DNA of 64,000 nt from the human T2T-CHM13v2.0 reference genome, Homo sapiens, in NCBI RefSeq assembly GCF_009914755.1, contig NC_060930.1. One strand, 5' to 3'. A program made the translations under genes and the position numbers. The notes under the pieces were generated by a model, which saw only the letters and a program-made list of their open reading frames with translations, did no database searches and was not told the DNA's origin. Below are positions 47,608-60,324 of this stretch, piece by piece (the first letter of the stretch is position 1; every line of letters begins with the position of its first letter).

Positions 47608-48220
47608 TGTTGCTTGCTCATCCAATAACCACTTTCTCCTTGCAAACCACAGAATCCTGATTTTGTTAGGATCTCTAAAACTCAAGGCAGGTGGTGAACT
47701 CCAGGGAATGAATCTCATAGATCTTAGCCAGTCACGGTCATTCAGTTCCCCCTTGCTATTGTTTGTTCTAACATTTGGCAGGGGGGCCAATTTCTGGCTG
47801 AAAAGATGTAACGTAAAATGTGTTGGCAGGGGGTGGGAGGTATCTCGGAAATATTTTTTTTTTCCCTCCGCTAACCAAGAAGCAGCATTGACAGATTTTC
47901 TTCCTGGTTAGAAATATAGAGATTTATGAAAAGTCCTTTGCACCCCAAAGCTTTCTTCTTGTCTTAGAAGTAACTAAGTAAGGATAACTTGCTTGGAGCT
48001 GCATTGATCTTTCTGTAACCAAGAAGTGACAAGATGACTGGATAATAAGCCAATGTACTAAAGATGGCAGAGTAAAAATATAAAAAGAGCCTGAATCCTT
48101 GATGTCATTTTGAGCTCCTGTTCCCTAAATGGAACTGGAACAGCCCACCTCTGGACAGCTTGTTAGCTATTTAAATGTATTTGTTACCTTTCTGTTACTT
48201 GCATCTGAAAGCATTCCTAA
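47608..48220 (+). mobile_element. Old MLT1-like LTR
   Basis: 'cagaatcctgattttg...ttctgttacttgcatctgaaagcattccta'. Confidence 0.55.
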
Positions 48221-48469
48221 GGGCATTAGCATTTATATACCATCCATACCCCCTTCAATTTGAAAGGTTTTATGTCACCAGGCAGTAGGATCATGATCTG
48301 ACAATAAGATGAAGAGGAACTGGTAAGTTCCTGCAATATAATCTTTCAAAGGTGAGTGCAAAATTCTGTTCAGTGTTTACTAGTCGCTATTGGGGGTAGT
48401 TTGTATTTTTTAGAACTGTCAGATTAATTAACTCCTGGTCCCTAAGATAGCAAGCTTGGTTGACAGGAG

Positions 48470-48777
48470 GTTTTGTTTTTGTTTTGTTTTGTTTGAGAAG
48501 GAAGGTCTCACTCTGTCGCCCAGGCTGGAGTGCAGTAGCACAATCATAGCTCATTGCAGCCTCCACCTCCAGGCCCAAGTGACCCTCCCACCTCAGCCTC
48601 CCAAGTAGCTGGGACCACAGGTGCATGCCACTACACATGGCTAATTCTTTTCATTTTTGTAGAGATGGGATTTCCCTATGTTGCTCAGGCTAGTCTCAAA
48701 CCCCCGGCCTCAAGCAATTCTCCCACCGTGGCCTCCGAAAGTGTTAGGAATACAGACAAGAGCCACCACGCTCAGCC
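48470..48777 (-). mobile_element. AluJ
   Basis: Antisense dimer with (TTTTG)n tail. Confidence 0.92.
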
Positions 48778-48916
48778 AGGAAGAGTTTTACAATAAGGGC
48801 CAGTGAATGAGACCTGTAATGAAAACACTCAAGAGTCTCATTAGAGAAAACTTTAGAATCAGGATAAAAGAAATCAGTTACTATTAGCATAAGGCTTGGA
48901 ACTCAAGTCATTCTTA

Positions 48917-50042
48917 TTTTTGGAAGACGATCACTTTATTCTAAGTAACACACAAATAAAATAATAACAGCTAGTTTAACAGAATAAAATCATAACAGCT
49001 AGTTTAAGGAGGCCACACAAACATTGGCCCAGCCCTAAATTCCTCACCATCTTAATGAAATTCTACATAGTAAGAACAGCGTCTTCCATTTTAATTCTGA
49101 AGGAAGAAAGCTATGAATGACACCTGAGAGGTTTAACTGATGGTTACTCTTTATCTCTTCATTATTAATTATATTTTTATACTAAATTAACTTGGTTATG
49201 AGAGCTGATTTTCCATTTCTCCAATTTGAACTTCTCGATTGGGCCAATCCATTTGCAGGTCTGCACTGTTTCAGCACCTCACTGAAACCCTCACGGAGCT
49301 TTATGTCACCCGGTTCCGGGCACACTCCAAAAACGGTTTTATCTCATAGAAGCAAGGCTGCTGCCGCTGTGACATCTGGGTTCCCTGGGGCTCCTGGTAG
49401 GTGATGTCAGGACTTGCAGGCTCAGCATTACTTCCTTCATTGAAGCCCCCAGTGATGGTATGACCCACCGTGTACCCCACGCCAGCTCCAGTGGTTGCTA
49501 TCCGGGCCATCAGACCTGGCTGCCTGGGCCCAGCAGCAGGAGGGCCAGCTGCAAAGGGGGATGCCGCTGCTGGCAGCTGAGCTGCTGGTGCTGGCCTGGC
49601 TGTAGTTCTTTAGTTCTTTTTTTTTTTTTTTTTGAGATCAAGTCTCACTCAGTCACCCAGGCTGAAGTGCAGTGGAGTGGTGAGATCTCGGCTCACTGCA
49701 ACCTCTGCCTCCTGAATTCAAGTGATTCTCCTGCCTCAGCCTCCTGAGTAGCTGGGATTACAGGCGCGTGCCATCATGTCAGGCTAATTTTTGTATTTTT
49801 AGTAGAGACAGGGTTTCCCCATGTTGGCCAGGCTGGTCTCAAACTCCTGACCTCAGGTGATCCACCCATCTTGGCCTCCCAAAGTGCTGGGATTACAGGC
49901 GTGAGCAACCACGCCCAGCCATGAGTGCGGTTCTCATGTGAGATACCCGGCTGGCCTGAATGGCCACGCGGGAGGTGCGGCTCTGGCTTCCACATGGCAT
50001 CCTAGGTGCACTGCAGCTTGGCGTCTGGATGTGCAAAAATCT
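48917..50042 (-). pseudogene. CHCHD2P: Processed pseudogene of CHCHD2 (possibly CHCHD2P4, unverified)
   Basis: ATG at 50000 ([13 protein letters not shown]...); ITGGFNEGSNAEPASPDITYQEPQGTQ...QQPCFYEIKPFLECA matches CHCHD2; intronless, 3' UTR with AATAAA, short poly-A remnant, 15-bp TSD ctcaagtcattctta (48902-48916 and 50043-50057); frameshift and Alu insertion. Confidence 0.96.
49603..49920 (-). mobile_element. AluS inside the pseudogene CDS
   Basis: Dimer in the same orientation as the pseudogene; degenerate TSD AGAACCGCACTCA / AGAACTACAGCCA. Confidence 0.94.
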
Positions 50043-50599
50043 CTCAAGTCATTCTTACAGTATCTTCAGAAATTAGGAGTGGGGCATTTGTTTGCATAGG
50101 AAGTGGCACAACTTTGAATATACATGAAACATTAAAAAATAAAAATAAAAGAAAAATATTTTATTACTATAAAGAGAACTGTAGCTTCTTGTATATCCAT
50201 GTACACATAACCAAAATTTTCAGGAAGAGATACTTATTCTTTTATTGTGTGATGTACTCTTATATGTTCTATTCTACTCTTTTTTTTCTTTCAATTTAAA
50301 AAAAGTGCTGGTTTTAACTTACTGGAATAATTTCACAACCCACTAATGAGTTACCACTTGCTGTTTGAAAAGCATTAAGATAATTGCCAATGTAGGTTAA
50401 AGATTTTCTGAGTTAAACTGACTTGAATAATAGACTTGAAAGACTTGTGTTACTTACGTAGCAGGAAGTCCAAGATAGGGCAGACTTTAGTGTTCCTTGT
50501 CTTCATGTACCCAGGTACTCTGCTCTGACTTCTACAGTGTCAGTTTCACACTCAGGTGACTCCTCCTGAAGTCATAAGAGGCTGGTGTCTTGAACACTC

Positions 50600-51068
50600 A
50601 GTTATTCCTTCAGGCTCCTCTCTGGACTTCTTTCTCTGCTCTGTGACTTGTATGGCTTACATGAATAAGATCCCTTACACCCTGGCTTCTGTTTGGATTC
50701 AGCTAATGGGGATTGCTTGCGGAACTTGAACAGAAATAAGAGAATAAATTTGGGGCACTTATTCATCTGGCTTCTTCCCTGCGCAGTCAGGCTGGATTGA
50801 CCACTTTTCATAACCCAAGTTCACAGCTCCCCTCCAGTGGCCCTCTCTATGCGACTTTCTCTGGGGTTCTGGTAACCCTGCTCATTGTGGTTTTGGACAC
50901 AGATGTGATGATGGTTCTCCTGCTCCGTGTCCTAGTGTGCTGCTTTGTCCTATGTGCTTTCACTGTACCCTGCTCATGCCCTTGAATGCCTTTTATTATT
51001 AAATCATTCTTGAATTATTCTAATTTGAGTATGGCAACTAAATTTTGATGGGGCTCTGACTTAATACC
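50600..51068 (+). mobile_element. LTR33-like ERVL LTR
   Basis: Similar to 32720-33195. Confidence 0.55.
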
Positions 51069-52165
51069 AGCTGCCAAAAGTAGTTGTGTTCACTATCACC
51101 AGGGGAGGGAGAGATTGGTTCTTTACCAGAAGCCCTGGGTAAGACTCCACATTTCCACCAGCTCAAACAGTCGAGACTTGCCCATTTTTGAATGAGTCAG
51201 TGGAGGGGAAAAGGAAATGCCATGATCATCTTACACTATGTACCTGAGGAGGGATAGATGCTAATCCTCTACAATGACCACCCAGTAGAGAAGCCACTCT
51301 CTGTGTTGCACCTAGAAGATTATGATATTACAACATGAGACTTAGCCCAGCATCATGGCAGCAGGTAAACAAAGGTAGCTTTTCAGTGGCAAATTAAATG
51401 AGTTAATTATACAAATATTAGCAATTGGATGACTAACCCAAACATCAGAATGATGTTTTTGCCTTGAAAAAACCTTTCTCACACAGTAAGTTTTCTTTTG
51501 CCAGAATGGAGTCAGGCTAAAATTTCCAAGGTCATAGAAGACTTTATGTGTACCATATTAAAAAAAACAAAACAAAACAAAACAAAAAAAACAACAACAG
51601 TTTAAAAGCTACTTCCTATACTCATTTATTTTATCCGTAAGTCAAATTTCCTACGATCATGCAACAAACTATTGGTTCCAGAAGTTGATCCGAAATTGGG
51701 AGAGGATTGGTTTAGTGACAGTTTCCTCTCTTTCTCTGTAGGTTACTCCAGGAGTGTTCCAGGGATCAAGGCAGGACCAGGACCAACCTGGGGAAGGCTA
51801 GGGCCTCATGTCTTTTCTTCTCCTGCTTCTCAACTCTAGGAGACCAGACATAAGATGTTAACATAGAATAATTGCACTAACACTGAATGGATTTATAAAA
51901 AATTAAAATGAAGTCAGAATTTTTCTCTCTAGTACTAATAAAGAGAACACATGGAAGGTTACAACATCAGCTTAATCCTAAGGCTGGCTTCAGTGGGGGC
52001 TATGAGAAGGCTGATGCATTGAATGCCTTCCATTTCTTTCTTTTTCTCACCTTCTCCAACCTCCTCTGTGCCCTGCTCAGACAAACAGCACCTCCTTCCC
52101 ACTTCCCACCTCTCCTCTGCACTTGGTAGGGTCAGATTTATAAGCAGAAGCAGACCTTGTCACCT

Positions 52166-52367
52166 TTTCTTTTCTTTCTTTTTCTTTCCTTTCTTTTCCC
52201 TTCCTTTCTTCCTCCCTCCCTCCCTCTCCCCCGCTTTCTTTCCTTCCTTCCTTCCCTCCTTCCTTTCTTTCTTTCTTTTACTTTCTTTCTTTCTTCTTTC
52301 TTTCTTTCTTTCCTTCTTTCTTTCTTTCTTTTTTTCTTTCTTTCTTTCTTTCTTTTCTTTTTGTCTG

Positions 52368-52435
<68 letters not shown>

Positions 52436-52728
52436 TTCTTTCCTTCTTTGCAGGGTCTCTCTGTGTTGCACAGGCCGCAGTGCAGTGGCGCAATCTCAGT
52501 TCATTGCAAGCTTCGCTTCACAGGTTCAAGTGATTCTCGTGCCTCAGTCTCCTGAGTAGCTGGGATTACAGGCATGCACCACCACTTCTGGCTCGTTTTT
52601 GTATTTTTAGTAGAGATGGGGTTTCAACATGTTGGCCAGACTGGTCTTGACTTTCTGGCCTCAAGTGACCCGCCCGCCTCAGACTCCCAAAGTGCTGGGA
52701 TTACAGGCATGAGCTGCTGTGCCTGGCC
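52166..52728 (-). mobile_element. AluS with a ~280-bp (CTTT)n/(CCTT)n tail
   Basis: TSD cttgtcaccttttct encloses both the STR and the Alu body. Confidence 0.93.
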
Positions 52729-53473
52729 TCTTGTCACCTTTTCTGATTTTTCCTTGGTGGCTCTCTAAGGAGAAGGCCCCAAATGGACTCAAGAGCAGAA
52801 AAGACAACCGATTCTAGGGCCACATAGAGACGCTTTAGACAATTAAAACTCCTGGATTGAAGAGTGTTGACACAGAGACACAGATTCCAGCTGCACTGCC
52901 CCGCCTCAGCCTTGGGAAATTCTCTGGATGATTATATAGGATTGAGCTGCTCCTTCTGGGGGATCACAGAAAATCCAGATGCAGGTGCATTCAGGCCCAA
53001 ACTTGTGAGAGAGGCAAATGGTGGCCACCCTCCCCAGGCACTTTAGCCGCTTCTCACTGAGCTTGCCCCAACTTGGCCATGCCGCTGTCTCACGATCCCT
53101 CTCCACTCTGCCACTGTCATCCCCCTTGCCCCTCATTTTTCCACACCCATCCTCTCTCATGAAGCTTTTCACATTCTTCCTTCAAAAGCTATTGCTTGTT
53201 GTGTGATGTGAGTGAAAATAACTTCTACCACCACAACTCAGTCCTGCAGGCTTTTTGTCACTTACTGAAGCAGTTAAAGGCTAATAGCACTTGTTTGTGT
53301 TTCCAGAGCAGAGCATAGAAGTGCATATCTGTAGTCCCTAAAGTCAGCTCATGCAGGACAGAGTATTCTGGACACACAGCACGAATCGGAAGAGCTGTGG
53401 AATCAGTTTGGGAAAATGTTGAATTGCATATAAGAGGAGGAGATTTAACATCTGCGCATGTTTTCTCTAGTAC

Positions 53474-53590
53474 TATCTGTCTATCTGTCTATCTATCTAT
53501 CTACCTATCTATCTATCTATCTATCTATCATCTATCTACCTACTTACTTATCTACCTACCTACCTACCTACCTACTTATCTACTTACCTA
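53474..53590. repeat. (CTAT)n/(CTAC)n compound STR
   Basis: Directly visible. Confidence 0.92.
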
Positions 53591-53673
53591 TAAATGAATA
53601 ATAGCTGCTGGTGGGTAACTGTGGCTCTTTGTTTTCATGTAAAGAGCATATTTCAGAGAAGTGGACTTGTTTC

Positions 53674-53713
<40 letters not shown>

Positions 53714-54117
53714 GTCCTAAATGTAGCTTCTAGGAGACTTAGTTTAGGAGAAGTAAAGAAAATGATGTTAACTGTGGATCACTGGGCCCTCAGGGCAGAT
53801 GCCCACCCATCTGGATACCGGAGATAGCACCTGCTCCTAGTTTCATGGCCGATTTTGCCTGCGTCTGCTTCACTGGTTGTACCCATGGGTGGTGACTTCT
53901 TCAGAAAGTGATCTCATAACCTGTTTGCACATTGTTTTGGAAGTAAACGTTGCCAGAGATTAAAGTATTAAATGTAATCTTACTTACCCTTCTAGAGGAC
54001 ATTGCGGCAAAAATATTCTTCCAAAGGGATGCCTGATATTACAGATGGATCCAGGTTTTGTAGGGCCTATGTTTATGCAATTTTGTAGAACTTCTTTAAT
54101 AAAAAGTATATAAAAAG

Positions 54118-54443
54118 TTGATTTCATAGAAGTAAAAAGTAGTATAGAAGATACCTGAGGCTGGGAAGGGTAAGAGGAAGGAGGATGATGAGAGATTTTT
54201 GAAAGGATACAAAGTTACAGCTAGATAGGAGAAACAAGTTCCAGTGTTTTATTTCACTGTAGGATGACTATAATTAGTAATAATATGTAGTGTCAAATGG
54301 CTAGGAGGATATCAAATGTTCTCAACACAAAAAATAATAAACGTTTGAGATCTGATCACTAAACATTACATGTACAGCACTATGTACCCCATAAATGTGT
54401 ACAATCATTATACATCAATTAAGAAATAAAAGAAAAAAGAAAA
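54118..54443 (+). mobile_element. L1MA 3' end
   Basis: 'gatttcatagaagtaaaaagtag...tatgtaccccataaatgtgtacaat' followed by an A tail. Confidence 0.85.
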
Positions 54444-54448
54444 AGTAT

Positions 54449-54815
54449 TGATACGGTTTGATTCTGTGTCCCCATCTAAATTTCATCTTGAACTGTAGTC
54501 CCCTTGTGTCAGGGTAGGGACTTCCTGGGAGGTGACTGGATCATGGGGGCGGTTTCCCACACGCTGGTCTCATGATAGTGAGTGAGTTCTCATGAGATCT
54601 GGTGGTTTAAAAATGTTTGGCAGTTGTCGCTTTGCTCTTTTTCTCTCCTGCCACCATGTAAGACGGCCTCACTTCCCCTTTGCCTTTCACCATGACTGTA
54701 AATTTCCTGATGCCTCCCCAGCCACGTGGAACTGTGAGTCAATTAAACCACTTTCCTTTATAAATGACCCAGCCTCAGGCAGTTTTTTATTGCAGTGTGA
54801 AAATGGACTAAGATA
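54449..54815 (+). mobile_element. THE1D-like MaLR solo LTR
   Basis: TGATACGGTTTG...ggaactgtgagtcaattaaacc...GGACTAAGATA; 5-bp TSD agtat. Confidence 0.88.
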
Positions 54816-55256
54816 AGTATATAAAAGTCGTTATAAAAGTAAACATTTATTTAGAGTTAGAAAAGAAATCTCAACATATTACAATTTAAAAATATGACAA
54901 ATACTACAAACATCACAAAATCCAGAAAAACCATAATATTTATTATTAACTAACGGCTTGATTCACCTCTACAATACTTTCTTACTTACATATTTTGGCA
55001 GCATACTTTGATTTTTCTGTTAACGTGTTGGCTTTAAAAAATCATTTTCCATGAAGAAAATAGAAATGTAATTCAATCTTATAGTACGCTTGACTTATAT
55101 TTATTATTTATTGTTGATAATTGGAAAGAATAAAATATTCAACTCACAGAGATATATATTTTGTTTGTAGTATTGCTAAAGGTTTGTGCTCCACAAAAGA
55201 AGAAATTCTGATAACTTCTATTTTACGTGATAACCATTAAGCAAAGAAAAGCAAAT

Positions 55257-55577
55257 GGCCAGGTACAGTGGCTCATACCTGTAATCCCAGTACTTTAGGA
55301 GGCGAAGGCAGGAGGATAGCTTGAGCCTAGGAGTATAGCTTGAGCCCAGGAGTTCGAGATCAATCTGGGCAACATAGTGAAACCTCATCTCTATTAAAAA
55401 AATACAAAACTTAGATGGGTTTGGTGGTATGTGCCTATGGTCCCAGCTACTCAGGAGGCTGAGGTGGGAGAATTGCCTGGGCCCAGGAAGTTGAGGGAGC
55501 AGTGAGCTGAGATCATGCCACTGCACTCCAGCCTAGGTAACAGAGTGAAACCCCATCTCAGAAATAAATAAATAAGA
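55257..55577 (+). mobile_element. AluJ with a 19-bp internal duplication
   Basis: atagcttgagcc(t/c)aggagt twice; TSD aagaaaagcaaa. Confidence 0.92.
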
Positions 55578-55692
55578 AAAGCAAAGAAATATGTTTCAGT
55601 TATTAAATATATGTCATTATCAAGTATGTTCCTAAGAAGAGAGAATTTCCAATTAGACTAGACATCATGAGAACGGGATCTTCCGCTTAATC

Positions 55693-56039
55693 TTTTTTTT
55701 TTTTTTTTTTTTTGAGCTAGGGTTTCTCTCTGTTGTCCAGGCTGGAGTGCAGTGGTGTGATAATAGCTCACTGCAGCCTCAACTTCCCAGGCTCAAGCAA
55801 TCTTCTCACCTCAACCTCCTGAGTAGCAGGGCCTATAAGGCAGGCACCACTAGACCTGGCTAATTTTTGTATTTTTCTGTAGAGACAGGGCCTCACCTTG
55901 TTGCACCACCTGGTCTCAAACTCCTGGGCTCAAATGATCTGCCTGGCTCGGTCTCCCAAAGTGTTGGGATTACGAGCGTGATAGTCAGTAGTCCCTACAG
56001 TCAGCTCATGCAGGACACTGTGAGCCACTGTGCCCCGCC
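55693..56039 (-). mobile_element. AluJ carrying a ~42-bp non-Alu insertion
   Basis: Consensus gcgtgagcc interrupted at about 55982-56023. Confidence 0.9.
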
Positions 56040-56939
56040 TAAAATTTTAAACATCTGATAATCGGGAGAAATTTTCCATGGACTAGCCCTGGCTCCATAT
56101 GTCTCAAACCTTGTGTGTCCTCCGTGGTTGGTAACCTTGTGGTGCCAAGCACTACTAGGAACATTCGCAGTGAGGCAGCCTCTGGCCCAGCACTTTCATG
56201 TCTCAGTGCTGGCTGGGTGGGCCCAGTGGATAGTCAGAGCCTGCCTAGGAGCCACTCCTACACTAGGACAACTGGCATTAACCACGTGGAAGTGATCATG
56301 AACTATAGAAACATATACCAGTAAAACCAAATAAATGTGTCCTCAACTAAACTTCCCTTCAGCCGCATCTCAAAAACATATGTAGCTGCTCCAGCTTCAC
56401 TGAACTACGGAACTCTGATATAGGAAATTTCTACCTGGATTAGATGTAAGAGTTTTAACAAACTATAGCAAAAGTATATTATTACTGCAACTTTTATAAA
56501 GCATATAACCATGTGAACACATTGCCAGGGTTTCTCCCAAAGTCTTGGAAGAGACCGATGAAAGTGATGGGCTAGGAAGATTAATCTCTCTCTTTCAAAC
56601 TCTTTTTTTCTATCCCAGGGCTTCATAAGCCCATAAGGCATTTAAGCACCTGCTTTAGAGGAGGAAGCTGTGTTTTCTTTACTTTTAGAGGATGGGGTCA
56701 CTAAGCCTAAATGCCACTGGTCCACTTGGGGGCAGTTATCCAATTCTGATCTGACCCCAATTATTGCTTTTTACTCTATCATGACTAACTAGGAAATTAG
56801 CCTAACAATTCTCATGAAAACGAATGATTGTGCTTTTCCTGTCCTTTTAATACCCAACTTAGTTTTAAAAGAATATTTTGATGCTTAATTTAGAAAAAAA
56901 TAACAGTAATATCAGAATATTCACCATGTAACAAGGGCT

Positions 56940-57140
56940 TATTGGATAAAACAGATTTTACATATTACTGTGTTTAATCCGCACTCTGCTGTCAAGGAGG
57001 CAGGTGGTCATATAGCTGTCTCACCAAATGCAGCAACTGGTTAAGAAAGGTTAAACATCTTGCCCAAGATCACAAACTTGTAAATGGGAGAACTGGTTTT
57101 GAAACCTGATCTGTTTGTCCCTAACATCCGTGTTCTTTTA
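56940..57140 (-). mobile_element. MIR
   Basis: 'aggttaaacatcttgcccaagatcaca'. Confidence 0.65.
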
Positions 57141-57506
57141 TTCTACTTGCTTGTCTTGCTGTGGCAAATCAGAAGAGGGTACACAGATATTCAAAGTGAC
57201 ACAGTGTTCTAGTGACAGTTTCTCTTTAAGGAATTGGAGATGACCCACAATCAGGGAGTGGAGGGATGAATAACCCTTACTCAGTTTGACTTTCTTTTGT
57301 TTCTGTCCTATATCATTCAGTTACAAAAAGAGTAAAAGGAAGCCTGGGCAGGTAAAAACAACACATCTCCTTTATAAGAAACAAGCAAACTAGTTGTATT
57401 TTAGAAAATACATTTTGATTTCTTTGCTAACGAGGCTGAGCATGCTTCATGTTTTTGTTGTCAAATTATATTAGCTTTTATATACATTGTCTTTTCACGA
57501 TAAGTA

Positions 57507-57799
57507 CTTTTTCTTCTTTTCTTTTTTCTTTTTTTTTCTTTTTTTGAGATGGAGTCTCACTCTGTCACCCAGGCTTGAGTGCAGTGGCACAACCTCGGCT
57601 CACTTCTCCTGCCTCAGCCTCCGATGTAGCTGGGATTACAGGCATGCACCAGCACATCCGGCTAATTTTTTGTATTTTTAGTAGAGACAGTGTTTCACTG
57701 TGTTGGCGAGGCTGGTCTCGAACTCATGACCTCAGGTGATCTGCCCACCTCGGCCTCCCCAAGTGTTGGGATTACAGGCGTGAGCCACCATGTCCAGCC
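57507..57799 (-). mobile_element. AluS with a ~29-bp right-arm deletion
   Basis: 'ggctcac|ttctcctg' junction; TSD gataagtac. Confidence 0.93.
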
Positions 57800-57823
57800 G
57801 ATAAGTACATTTTTTAAAGGTTA

Positions 57824-58435
<612 letters not shown>

Positions 58436-58796
58436 TCACCACACATTCATGGTGATCACTCCCAATCATGCCCTCAGCACTGCCCTGCAAACTCGCTCAG
58501 CTTCTCTAGAAAACTTGTTCTCATTCTCTGCAGCTACCTGTCTTTTTCTCTTTCTTCTAAGGAACCACACACACTCCCACATACCCACCACCCACTCTCA
58601 GCAATGAATCATGTCTTATACTCCAGAGAGAAAGCAGTCTGAAAGGTGTTTCAACCATCAATCAAGAAACACTTTACCTCCAAATCCACCAATTGCCTGC
58701 ATTTGTACCTATCTTCTCCTTCTTCCCCTGATAAAAATGAGGAACCAGCTGTTCCTTCTTTTGTCAAAGTTGATCTCAGGGACACTGAATGCCTAC

Positions 58797-58960
58797 CATC
58801 CCTTCCTTCCTTCCTTCCTTTCTTCCTTCCTTCCTTCCTTCCTTCCTTCCTTCCCTCCCTCCCTCCCTCCCTCCTTTCCTCCTTCCTTCCCTCCTTCCTT
58901 CCTTTCTTCCTTCCTTCCCTCCCTCCCTCCCTCCCTCCTTCCTTCCTTCCTCCCTTCTTT
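58797..58960. repeat. (CCTT)n/(CCCT)n polypyrimidine STR
   Basis: Directly visible. Confidence 0.93.
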
Positions 58961-59324
58961 CCCAGGACAATACTCCAGGGGTTGCTTCCTCTCTGCACGC
59001 ACCTTTGCTCCAGCAAATAGACATATCGTATCACCCTCCAAACCCTCTTTTGACCCAGCCTGACTCCTGTGCACCCTGTCTTCCCATTTCCATCAGAGGA
59101 AGCATTTCAAAGGGGCCTTCTGTTTTCCACACCTCAGTCACCCTACTAGGAGTAGACAAAACTTCTCAGTGTGTTGAGAGGTCTGGAGAAATGGCCTTTA
59201 GGACTGACCGTACTGGAATCCTTGAGCAGATGCCTAAAAATCTCCATGTTTATCAGTTGTGTCAGTTCATTACTACTGTTCCTAGGGAAAAGACATAGGA
59301 GATTCTTCCTCTAGTTTGTTGTAT

Positions 59325-59712
<388 letters not shown>

Positions 59713-59759
59713 GAAATTCTTCCTCTAGTTTGTTGTAAATAGCTCTAAAACAATCAAAC

Positions 59760-59990
59760 TTTGGTGATTACCAGGGACTGAAGATGAGGGTGCAGGGAAT
59801 AAGGGGTGACTGCTTAATGTGTAAGAGGGTTTTCTTTGGGGTGATGAAAATATTTTGAAACCAGTTAGAAGGGTTGATTGCCTAACACTGTGGATATAGT
59901 GAATGCCACTGAATTTTATACTTTACAATAATTAATTTTATATTATGTGAATTTTATCTCAATAAAAAAGCTATTAAGGAAAAAAGCTTA
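59760..59990 (+). mobile_element. L1M 3' end
   Basis: 'ttctttggggtgatgaaaatatttt...gtgaattttatctcaataaa'. Confidence 0.8.
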
Positions 59991-60047
59991 TCTAATGCTC
60001 TCAAGCAAAAAAAAAAAAAAAAAAAGCTCTACAATTAACAAAAAATA

Positions 60048-60190
60048 AGCCAGACCTGGTGGCATGTTCCCGTAGTCCTAGCTACTTGGGAGGCTGAGGG
60101 AGGATCCCTTGAGCCCAGAGGTTCTAGGCTGCAGTCAGCTATGATGGTGCCACTGCATTTCAGCCTGGGTGACAGAGCAAGACCCTGTCC
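60048..60190 (+). mobile_element. FRAM / AluJ right arm
   Basis: Single arm followed by (AT)n. Confidence 0.85.
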
Positions 60191-60275
60191 CATGTCTCAT
60201 ATATATATATATGATTTGGAAAATTGTTGTTTGCACATGAGGCACTGAACATTGAAAACTCTCTCTCTCTCTGTA

Positions 60276-60282
<7 letters not shown>

Positions 60283-60324
<42 letters not shown>

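Larger units (their letters stand above)
54042..56410. mobile_element. Zaphod/MER115-like hAT-Tip100 relic fragmented by later insertions
   Basis: Begins 'cagatggatccaggttttgtagggcct'; resumes at about 54821, 55578 and 56040. Confidence 0.65.
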
